Position numbers and translations under genes: made by a program
IMG/VR virus record: IMGVR_UViG_3300020044_007646
Coordinates: 1-58,226 of that record
DNA length: 58,226 bases
Source: a virus
Lineage: Duplodnaviria > Caudoviricetes
Strand: one strand, 5' to 3'
Notes under the pieces: model-generated
Told to the model about the DNA's origin: nothing
The model's input: the letters and a program-made list of their open reading frames with translations, nothing else
The model's database searches: none
Shown: positions 18,644 through 26,905 of the stretch, piece after piece
Numbering within the stretch: position 1 is the stretch's first letter
Layout: each line of letters starts with the position of its first letter

Positions 18644-19492
18644 ATGCGTGACGCAAAACTTCAATTTCGGTTTGGTCAAAATACAGGTGGAACAGCACTT
18701 GTAGGATTTAACCAAACATCTGTTGGATCTACTATTGCAGGTCTACAGGGTGCATCGTCAACGAACGCCATTAGCGCACCGTTGCTCTTAGGTGGCTACA
18801 CTAATACTATTGCTGACACAACAGCTTATGTTGGTAATGCTGCCTCTGATCAACCTGCTCCTAACGGGCAACTATTATGGGGTCACAATAACCGTAATCA
18901 GATGTATGTACATTCTGCCGTACAGTTTTATGTGCCCGCTACCGGTACTGCCACTATGGTTGTTGAGGGATCCTCAGATAACAGCAACTGGGTTCAGCTA
19001 AGTGCAGCTGAAACTACGTTAACGGCAACGACTGGTACTGTATCAACTATTACGTTAACAACGTCTACTGCTGCTGGATTGTTGACATCTGCTGCAGCTC
19101 ACGGCTTGCAAGTGGGTGATCAGTTGTTAGTAGCTGCTCTTGGCGCAACAGTATTGCAGGTTGCACCACCCGGTGGCGCTACTGCAGGTGTAGCACTTGG
19201 TCAGGTCTATGTAGTAACTTCTGTACCTAGTACAACAACGTTTACTATTGGACTTGGTCCTGCAGCATCATTTAACGGTGTGTACACAGCCGCATCGTTA
19301 ATTTCAACTGCAGCCTCAGCAGTGTCTGTATTCCGTAAAGTGAGTGCAGGGGCAATGCTACAGGCTGCAATCCCACCATCTAGCCGAACGTATTACCGTG
19401 TACGTTACGTCACTACATTTGCAACTACTGCATGTGAACTGATGATCCTTAATGCTTACATTAAGAATGGTCGTGATGGAGCTTCCTTCTAG
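18644..19492 (+). CDS. Probable capsid decoration/cement protein with inserted beta-domain
   Basis: Directly after capsid; MRDAKLQF start, VEGSSDNSNW, RTYYRVRY resemble Bbp16-like cement proteins. Confidence 0.6.
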   Translation: MRDAKLQFRFGQNTGGTALVGFNQTSVGSTIAGLQGASSTNAISAPLLLGGYTNTIADTTAYVGNAASDQPAPNGQLLWGHNNRNQMYVHSAVQFYVPATGTATMVVEGSSDNSNWVQLSAAETTLTATTGTVSTITLTTSTAAGLLTSAAAHGLQVGDQLLVAALGATVLQVAPPGGATAGVALGQVYVVTSVPSTTTFTIGLGPAASFNGVYTAASLISTAASAVSVFRKVSAGAMLQAAIPPSSRTYYRVRYVTTFATTACELMILNAYIKNGRDGASF

Positions 19493-19500
19493 GAGTTAAT

Positions 19501-20148
19501 ATGAATCTAGGTCAAATAAAACAAAAGGTGCGTATGATGGGCCGAAATTATTTCGGGACTGATGCTGACCTTGATCCGTTCGGCCTAGATTATATTATTT
19601 TAGAATCGGCCAATGAGATAGCCAGAAGAACTGACTGTCTTGTTGGCCGTCGGTATTTATCAATGGTTGCTGGTGAATCCGACTATTGTGCTCCAGATAT
19701 TTATAAAATACGAGTTTTAAAAGTATTAAATATGTCTGGTGAATATTGGCAACCAAAGCTTTTTAATTTTAGCAATCAAATGGTTGACAGGTATCGATCG
19801 CAACCTGAACAGCAAGTCCCAGACGCAGCTGTTATTTCTGGGATGAATCGAATTACATTATTTCCAGTGCCATCAACGTCCATTACTAATGGCGTATTAG
19901 TAGAAGGTTTTGCGCAACCGGGTGATTATTGGCAATACGATACAAGCGGAACTGCGCTTCCAAATACTGACACTACAGAGTGCCCACTGCCAGATGTTGC
20001 TCATGATTGCCTTGTGTACTTAACATTATCAACACGTGCTTTACAGATGCGTGATAAAGATGGAATAGTTTTATTTAAACAAGAATACTTGGACAGATTA
20101 GGTCAAGTTGAATCATATGCCGCTATGTACGCAAGGAGAGCAGTCTAA
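19501..20148 (+). CDS. Head-tail adaptor-like protein 1
   Basis: MNLGQIKQKVR, EIARRT, ITLFPVP, LPDVAHDCLVY. Confidence 0.7.
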   Translation: MNLGQIKQKVRMMGRNYFGTDADLDPFGLDYIILESANEIARRTDCLVGRRYLSMVAGESDYCAPDIYKIRVLKVLNMSGEYWQPKLFNFSNQMVDRYRSQPEQQVPDAAVISGMNRITLFPVPSTSITNGVLVEGFAQPGDYWQYDTSGTALPNTDTTECPLPDVAHDCLVYLTLSTRALQMRDKDGIVLFKQEYLDRLGQVESYAAMYARRAV

Positions 20149-21080
20149 TGGCACTAGGATTTATTGCGTTACGAAATGAAACTTTAAAGTTATTAAATGA
20201 AACAAACACATCGGTTGTAGGCGAGCTTGCAACTGGCATCGGATTACCAATAACATCAGCAACGGTTACAATTGGGAATCCAGTAATTACAGCAACTAAC
20301 AATCTATCTGCGGGAGATCAAGTTAGATTTGTTAGTTCGACTGTAACAAATCTACCTATTAATACAACGTTTACTGTATCTGTTACAAATTTATCCGGAT
20401 CTTCATTTAGTGTGCTTGGGCCTACCCCGCCTACGTTATTAATTCCTACTGGTGGCACGGGTGGAACGTTTACAGTAAGTGGCAATTCGGTTTTTAGTGA
20501 TGAGACTATTTGTTCCTACATAAATGAGGCTGCCAGAGAAATGGCACGTACATGTGTATGGAATGAAGGAGGCATTACGCTTTCAGCATCATCACGTATT
20601 ACAACTTTCGCTGATAAAGATTTTTGGCATCCATTAACTGTTGCAATTGGTGCTACCACATTAACGCACTGCGGTGAGATGGAGCTTAGGTCATACGATT
20701 TAACTTATACATCGACAACTGGTTCTCCAACACACTGGTATCGATCAGGCAATACAAATATTGGTTTATATCCAGCACCTAGTTCTACACAATCATTGAC
20801 GGTTACCGGTGGCACGTTACCAGCAGCAATATCTACTGACCCAGCATCTACTACTACATTAAGCATTGCACCTGACGATGTGCTGCTGAAAGCAATACCT
20901 GCATACGTCGCTGGTAAATTAGCATTTAAAAATTATGACGACCCATCATTGGTAGGTAGAGCTTTTTGGAAAGATTGGTACGATTTATCACGTATGCAAT
21001 TATGGGCACTACAAGATACATCGCTAAAATTACCCGGATGCCCTTATGGTGTTCCTCCAGTTCCACAGAGTCAAAAATGA
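20148..21080 (+). CDS. Head-tail adaptor-like protein 2 with inserted beta-domain
   Basis: LRNETLKLLNE, YINEAAREMAR, GSPTHWY, IGLYPAP, AIPAYVA. Confidence 0.65.
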   Translation: MALGFIALRNETLKLLNETNTSVVGELATGIGLPITSATVTIGNPVITATNNLSAGDQVRFVSSTVTNLPINTTFTVSVTNLSGSSFSVLGPTPPTLLIPTGGTGGTFTVSGNSVFSDETICSYINEAAREMARTCVWNEGGITLSASSRITTFADKDFWHPLTVAIGATTLTHCGEMELRSYDLTYTSTTGSPTHWYRSGNTNIGLYPAPSSTQSLTVTGGTLPAAISTDPASTTTLSIAPDDVLLKAIPAYVAGKLAFKNYDDPSLVGRAFWKDWYDLSRMQLWALQDTSLKLPGCPYGVPPVPQSQK

Positions 21081-21373
21081 AAATTGCTTACAGCCGATTA
21101 ATATTGATTGCGTTAGCAGCATTTTTAACTAGTGCTGTTCCTGAGTTTGACGCTGCGTGGAAAGCATTCAACATATCCGACAACGCTAATTATGGAATGG
21201 TGACTAAGGCACTACTAATTTCTGGCATTGAAGGCATCCGTGCTGGTATACCTGCTATGGCAACTGCGTTGATTGCGTTTTTCATGAGACAAGACACTGC
21301 GCTGCCAATGTTTTCAATAACATTGCCGGAGGTGAAAAAAGTCAGTGAAACGACGAGGCACATCGATGGATAA
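21077..21373 (+). CDS. Small membrane protein
   Basis: ATGA overlap at 21077; two hydrophobic segments. Confidence 0.65.
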   Translation: MKIAYSRLILIALAAFLTSAVPEFDAAWKAFNISDNANYGMVTKALLISGIEGIRAGIPAMATALIAFFMRQDTALPMFSITLPEVKKVSETTRHIDG

Positions 21374-21650
21374 GATGCATATTGACCTTAATCAATTTTT
21401 AGCAGGACTAGCTGGCGCAATTGCTGGCACTGATTGGCCTAAGATCAAAACGCTCACGCAAGGTTTAACAACTGTCTTCATCGGGACAGTATCAGCTCTT
21501 TATCTAACTCCGTTAGTTGCACGAAATTTGGGATGGACTACGCCTGAGCAAATGCTTGGGCTTTCTTTTTTACTTGGCACATTAGGCTTAAGGACTGTTC
21601 AGGCAATTAATGGTGTAATTGAAAAACAAGTGCGAAAGATGACGGAATAA
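21366..21650 (+). CDS. Putative holin-like membrane protein
   Basis: Three hydrophobic segments (FLAGLAGAIAG, VFIGTVSALYLTP, GLSFLLGTLG) and charged C-terminus; GAGG SD. Confidence 0.6.
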   Translation: MDKMHIDLNQFLAGLAGAIAGTDWPKIKTLTQGLTTVFIGTVSALYLTPLVARNLGWTTPEQMLGLSFLLGTLGLRTVQAINGVIEKQVRKMTE

Positions 21651-21651
21651 A

Positions 21652-21921
21652 ATGAACGAGCAAATTGAATTAGGACTGCAATCGTATAACGTCTTACCTG
21701 ATGGACTAGTTGTAGTTGTTTTTACAGATAGCCTAGCATTTACGTACGTCAATGAAACCGTACTCGACCAAGACTGCATTCAGTACAACTCGGAAGTGAT
21801 TGAGAACCTACGCAAGTACATTACCTGTTACTGTGCTAATGTTAGCGATCAATCACTTGTTGGTAAAAAAATGGTTTTCGACTTAGCTGACCCCAATGGA
21901 AATATTGTCAGGATTGTGTAA
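21652..21921 (+). CDS. Hypothetical protein
   Basis: Acidic 89-aa ORF coupled on both sides. Confidence 0.7.
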   Translation: MNEQIELGLQSYNVLPDGLVVVVFTDSLAFTYVNETVLDQDCIQYNSEVIENLRKYITCYCANVSDQSLVGKKMVFDLADPNGNIVRIV

Positions 21922-23030
21922 TGGCATTAGTCACAGTAGCTACTAATCTTAAATTAGGGTACGACCAGAGAGGTTATGCCTCGGGTAATACTAGTACAAT
22001 TAACTCCACTGCTACTGGTGTAGCCTTACCATTTTATGCGCAGTTCACTGGATCTATTACGAGAGTTGTATTAAGTGCGACTGTAGGTACTGCAGTTACT
22101 AATCTTGATGTTGGGTTAATGGGGTCTAATGCTGCTGGTAATCTTCCTAATAATACATATATTTCTACACCAAATACCATTTCGTTATCTGCAAGTACTA
22201 CACCAACAAATTACGTAATTAATTTAACAAATGCGATTTCTGTAACAAAGGGTACAGTTTATTGGTTAGCGTTTCGCCCAAATGCATCGTTTACTGGAAG
22301 TGTAAATGTTTATCAAAACCATTATGGAATATATTCTTATATGGGTCAATGGAGGTCTGCAACTAGAATTGCCTCTAACTGGGTTCAAGGTTCTATAACT
22401 GGTAGTAATGCTATTTATGGAAGTAGTATTAGATGGTATTCGTTAGACATACCGTCTACCCCAGATGGCCCTACAACAGCAATCAATGCTGTTGCAAATC
22501 AAGAATATGGAGTTTCTTTTACATTAGGCGAAAATCATCCTGCAGTAAAAGTAAAAGCAATCACATTCATGAATTCACTTTCAAATGCTTCTGTTGGTGG
22601 CAATCCGGGAATGACTACTTCGTGCAAGATATACAATGCAGCAGGAACGTTGCTTTATACATTTAACACACAAGATTCGGATAGATTTAGCACTACTGCT
22701 GGTTCAAACATTGCGTATTTCTGGAACACAACTGGATCAGATATTTGGCTGGAACCTTTAACTAAATATTATTTGATGTATAGCTTTACTGGTACATTTA
22801 CAAATACGCCTCAAGTCGCACAATTTATTTTTGATCCAACAACAGAATCAGCTGCAGGAGCAGTTACTGCTTATTACGCCAATAGATCTTCAGGTGGAAT
22901 CATTGCTGAAACAAACACTCTTACTATGGCTTTTTCCGTAGAGGTAGACGGCATTAGGTTTGACAATTCAGGTGGAGCTGGAGGATATGTAAATGCATCA
23001 CCAATGTTTTCTGGAGGGTTTTCTGGATAA
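21921..23030 (+). CDS. Beta-rich virion/adhesin-like protein A
   Basis: T/S/G/N-rich with beta-strand pattern; paralog of the next gene. Confidence 0.65.
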   Translation: MALVTVATNLKLGYDQRGYASGNTSTINSTATGVALPFYAQFTGSITRVVLSATVGTAVTNLDVGLMGSNAAGNLPNNTYISTPNTISLSASTTPTNYVINLTNAISVTKGTVYWLAFRPNASFTGSVNVYQNHYGIYSYMGQWRSATRIASNWVQGSITGSNAIYGSSIRWYSLDIPSTPDGPTTAINAVANQEYGVSFTLGENHPAVKVKAITFMNSLSNASVGGNPGMTTSCKIYNAAGTLLYTFNTQDSDRFSTTAGSNIAYFWNTTGSDIWLEPLTKYYLMYSFTGTFTNTPQVAQFIFDPTTESAAGAVTAYYANRSSGGIIAETNTLTMAFSVEVDGIRFDNSGGAGGYVNASPMFSGGFSG

Positions 23031-24097
23031 TGCCAACAGTTACAGTACCAACAGACAAAGTTGTTATTCCCCTTGATGGATTTGTTGCACAAAACACGTA
23101 CGGATCAGCATCCACTAGTATTGGTGGAAATAATGCTGGAATAGCTTGGCATTATGTCCCTCAAGAATCTTTTACATTAACTACAATTATATTTCCATAT
23201 GCAGTCGTCACAGGCCCAAGTCCAAATACATTTGATGTTGGCATACAAGGATTTAACGCTACAACTGGGTTGCCAGATGGGACGTTTCAGACATCTGGAG
23301 TATGGACTTGTCCAGCATCTGGCAGTGGGTTTGCGCAAGTTACTGTTACCTCATTTAGTATGGTAAAAGGAACGGCGTATTACGTAGTTATTAGAAACGC
23401 AATATCGGGGTACACGGGTAGTGTTACTGTAACTACAAACTGTTCTAATAACCAATTACATAGATATGCTGGATCACATACTAGGACATCCGGTGTTTGG
23501 GGGGGTGCATCGACAAGGCCGGGTGGTAATTTTTGGCTATACAGTGGGTCAAAATATTATGGGCCTAGTTGTTATACGACAACAGGTTCAGAAACAGCTC
23601 GATCTACTCCAAACGAAATTGGTACAACATTTCAATTACCTGCAAATCACCCTACGCTTAGATTAAAAGGTATGCAGTTTCTGTCAGTAAGTCCACAAAT
23701 TGGCACTGTATGGGAATGTAGAGTTCGGAATGCAGCAGGAACATTATTGGCTACGGCAATTGTTGATGGCGACTTTAACACTACTTCGACATTGTCTTAT
23801 TACGAGTTCAATAATGCGGTTGATTTTGTAGCTGGTACTAAATACTACATAATGATTAGCGGAACGACAGGTACGCCACCATTGTTGAGGACTGCTACTA
23901 ATTTAAATTCTCAGTTAATGACTGATGTCAGAAATGGAATAGTAGCAAACAAAGTTGAATACAATGGAACAACGTACACTGAGACTGCGAGTTCTACATG
24001 TATTGGGTATTTGTTATTTGATCAAATTTCGTATGACCAAACAGGTGGTTCACCTATTTACTCTTTGCCCGCATCGTTTAGCCAGATTGAGGGATAA
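23030..24097 (+). CDS. Beta-rich virion/adhesin-like protein B
   Basis: Shares KGT.Y, NHP, NAAGTLL, TKYY blocks with 21921-23030. Confidence 0.65.
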   Translation: MPTVTVPTDKVVIPLDGFVAQNTYGSASTSIGGNNAGIAWHYVPQESFTLTTIIFPYAVVTGPSPNTFDVGIQGFNATTGLPDGTFQTSGVWTCPASGSGFAQVTVTSFSMVKGTAYYVVIRNAISGYTGSVTVTTNCSNNQLHRYAGSHTRTSGVWGGASTRPGGNFWLYSGSKYYGPSCYTTTGSETARSTPNEIGTTFQLPANHPTLRLKGMQFLSVSPQIGTVWECRVRNAAGTLLATAIVDGDFNTTSTLSYYEFNNAVDFVAGTKYYIMISGTTGTPPLLRTATNLNSQLMTDVRNGIVANKVEYNGTTYTETASSTCIGYLLFDQISYDQTGGSPIYSLPASFSQIEG

Positions 24098-24103
24098 TGA
24101 ATT

Positions 24104-25195
24104 ATGTTTCAAATAAAACAGAGTGACGCAGATGCGGCACATAGACGTATACCTGTACTGCTTGTAGACATTACAGACGGGTTTACACCAGAACTTGGTG
24201 TGACTGCTCCAACCATCAATGTCAGTAAGAATGGTGCAACTCCAGCGGCTGGTGCTGGCACTTGGACTGAGATTGGCAATGGTCAGTATTATTACCAGCT
24301 CACAACCGGTGAAGTGGACACGCTTGGCTGGGTGTCATTGAATATTGAAAAAGCTACCGTCAGTCGTGACTATAATTCTGTAGTTCAGATCATGGCATAT
24401 GATCCGTTTGACATAGTTAGAATTGGTCTTACAGCTTTACCAAACGCAGCAGCTGGTGCAGCTGGTGGTCTTCCAACAGGTAATGCATCAGGTCAGGTCA
24501 CGGTAGGCTCTACGGCTACTGGTGCTCTTACATCTACATCGTTTGCAGCCAACTCATTGACAGCATCTGCCCTTGCCACAGATGCTGTAACGGAGATTGC
24601 TGGTGGTGTTTGGGATGAGTTATACGCCGGACACACAGGGGCTGGTACGTTTGGCAAGCTGATGGACATTATTCGTAAATCAATCATAATTACTGAAGGC
24701 ACTGTAGCGGCATCGGGAGCGCCAGCAAACTCATCAACGTATTTTAGGACAAGCCTTACAACTGGTACTACAGGTCAATACGAGGGTCAAATTATTGTAT
24801 TTACTAGTGGTACGCTAATTAATCAGTCATCTAGTATTAACGTATTTACGTCTACTAATGGCGTCATAGAAGTACTTGACGAGTTTACTGGAACTCCTGC
24901 ATCTGGAGATAACTTTGTAATCATTAACAGCTCGCACGTGCTGCAGCCAGCCGAAATTGCAGACGGCATACTTGCACGTAAATTAGACAGTAGTGGTAAT
25001 GAATCAGTGCTTAATGGAGCGTATACATCAGCATCAACTGACAGAACTGTACGTCAAGCATTACGCATTTTAAGAAACAAAGTTGACGCATCAACAGGAG
25101 CAACTATTGATGTGTACAATGAAGCGGGAACAGTGGTTGTTTGGAGTTTACCTTTGACAACCGCACTTGCAGATCCGATTGTAAAGGTAGGTTAA
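24104..25195 (+). CDS. Virion structural protein (fibre/appendage-like)
   Basis: VSKNG...TEIGNGQY N-terminal domain, Ala/Gly linker, repeated EIA.GVW/EIADGIL, TVRQALRIL. Confidence 0.6.
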   Translation: MFQIKQSDADAAHRRIPVLLVDITDGFTPELGVTAPTINVSKNGATPAAGAGTWTEIGNGQYYYQLTTGEVDTLGWVSLNIEKATVSRDYNSVVQIMAYDPFDIVRIGLTALPNAAAGAAGGLPTGNASGQVTVGSTATGALTSTSFAANSLTASALATDAVTEIAGGVWDELYAGHTGAGTFGKLMDIIRKSIIITEGTVAASGAPANSSTYFRTSLTTGTTGQYEGQIIVFTSGTLINQSSSINVFTSTNGVIEVLDEFTGTPASGDNFVIINSSHVLQPAEIADGILARKLDSSGNESVLNGAYTSASTDRTVRQALRILRNKVDASTGATIDVYNEAGTVVVWSLPLTTALADPIVKVG

Positions 25196-25196
25196 T

Positions 25197-25676
25197 ATGG
25201 CAACAACAACGGCGTTTACAAACGCAACAGAGGCAAACCTCTTAAATCATTTATTGCGCGGTACATCGTTTGGTCCTTTTGGCGGAAGTACTCAACTTTA
25301 TCTAGCATTAATGACTAACGTCGCTGGTGATGGGACGTTAGCTGAAAATGCATCAGGTACGGCTGGTTATACTAGCAGAATTGCAATTGGCACAGCACCA
25401 ACTGTAACATTTGGAGTTGGTGGAGTAAACACTGCTGCATCTACAGCTACTCCGGGTCCACTTACAAATATCCCTGCTGTATCGTTTACTGCGTCAGGTG
25501 CAAGTATTACGATTGCTGGAATTGGCATTTGCACAAGTGCTACTATTAGCGCAACAGCCTCAACTGACGCCACAATCCTGTTTTATGGTGACATTACGGG
25601 AGGATCTGTGACACTTGGTTCTGGCCAAACAATTACATTTCCTAATAACACGGGTATCGACATCCGCTTAGACTAA
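25197..25676 (+). CDS. Tail/fibre-associated small structural protein
   Basis: EANLLNHLLRG..LYLAL...GY.R...N...VSF...I..IGI...LFYG...GQTITF pattern. Confidence 0.6.
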   Translation: MATTTAFTNATEANLLNHLLRGTSFGPFGGSTQLYLALMTNVAGDGTLAENASGTAGYTSRIAIGTAPTVTFGVGGVNTAASTATPGPLTNIPAVSFTASGASITIAGIGICTSATISATASTDATILFYGDITGGSVTLGSGQTITFPNNTGIDIRLD

Positions 25677-26905
25677 TGGCGATACCAAATAGCGCTGGTT
25701 ACATAACAGCGATATTTATTGGTGCAAGGCTTGCTGCTCCTCCAGTACCTGGCGGTAATAAATCGGCAAGCCTTAGTGCTTTTGCTACAGTATCTTCATC
25801 GGCAACAAGATCTGTCAGTGTCACCTTGTCTGGTAATGCTACAGCGTCATCATCAATAACTAAACCATCAAGTAGCGTTCAATCTGCAAATGCTACTGTA
25901 TCGTCATCAATAACTAGATCGGTTGGCAGTACACAATCTGCAGCTGCCACCACATCGTCATCAACAACTAGATCGGTCAGTAGTGCGCAGTCTGCATTTG
26001 CCAGTACGTCTACTGCTGCAACAAGATTAGTTGGCAGTACACAATCAGCGTTTGCTACATTGGCGTCATCAGCAGAAACAATATCTACTGCATCGAGTAC
26101 GCTATCAGCATCTGCAACAACATCATCAGGGATTGCAAGATTAGCTAGTAGTACGCAGTCTGCGTTTGCGAGTACGTCTTCAACAATAACAAGATCGGCT
26201 AGTAGTACACAATCAGCATTTGCAACAACGGCGTCATCTGCGTCTGTCACAGTTTTTTCGGCGAGTGCTTTATCTGCATATGCAAACGTTAGTTCATTAC
26301 CTACAATATCTGTATCTAGCACACAGTCTGCATTTGCAAGGCTTGCAGCATCTACTTCAAGCTCTGTAGCAGCAGGTAGTTTAATTAGTGCATCTGCAAC
26401 GGTTAATAGTTCTGTTACACGTCTTTCATCTGCAAGTATTTCAGCGTTTGCAACGGTTAATAGTTCCGCTACACGTCTTTCATCTGCAAGTATTTCAGCG
26501 TTTGCAACTTTGTCTTCTGAGGCAAATAGACAAATTGGTAGCAATTTATCTGCATTTGCTAGTTTAGCTACATCTGTTAATCGTAGTGCGTCAACAACGA
26601 TATCTGCATTTGCTACAGTCAGCATAAGCGCATCACGCACGTCCTCTACAGCATTAAGTGCTTTTGCCACAATTGGGTCAACAGGAGTAGTTACTGGTGG
26701 CCCTACTGGTCCATCGTCTGTCACTATGACTGGCAAGGCTTATTTAAGCGTCACTGCCACTTACAATGTATTGTGCACGTGTCCACCATGGATTGTTTCA
26801 GCCGATGATGTGTGCGCATGGACTACTGCGAGTGCTCCTTTGACAGGCACATACAGTAAAACAGTGACTTTGACTAATCAATTTACAAGAAAAGGGTGTG
26901 AGTAA
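25676..26905 (+). CDS. Ser/Ala/Thr-rich repetitive fibre-like protein
   Basis: About 18 copies of an 18-20 aa unit (SAFAT.SSS.TR.VSST[QLI]). Confidence 0.7.
   Translation: MAIPNSAGYITAIFIGARLAAPPVPGGNKSASLSAFATVSSSATRSVSVTLSGNATASSSITKPSSSVQSANATVSSSITRSVGSTQSAAATTSSSTTRSVSSAQSAFASTSTAATRLVGSTQSAFATLASSAETISTASSTLSASATTSSGIARLASSTQSAFASTSSTITRSASSTQSAFATTASSASVTVFSASALSAYANVSSLPTISVSSTQSAFARLAASTSSSVAAGSLISASATVNSSVTRLSSASISAFATVNSSATRLSSASISAFATLSSEANRQIGSNLSAFASLATSVNRSASTTISAFATVSISASRTSSTALSAFATIGSTGVVTGGPTGPSSVTMTGKAYLSVTATYNVLCTCPPWIVSADDVCAWTTASAPLTGTYSKTVTLTNQFTRKGCE
26395..26508 (+). repeat. 54-bp tandem duplication within the S/A/T repeat gene
   Basis: TGCAACGGTTAATAGTTC(T/C)G(T/C)TACACGTCTTTCATCTGCAAGTATTTCAGCGTT twice with 2 mismatches. 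Confidence 0.9.

Noticed and set aside
25879-26736. 285-aa minus-strand ORF
   Set aside because: Antisense shadow of the Ser/Ala/Thr repeat gene, which explains the lack of stops.
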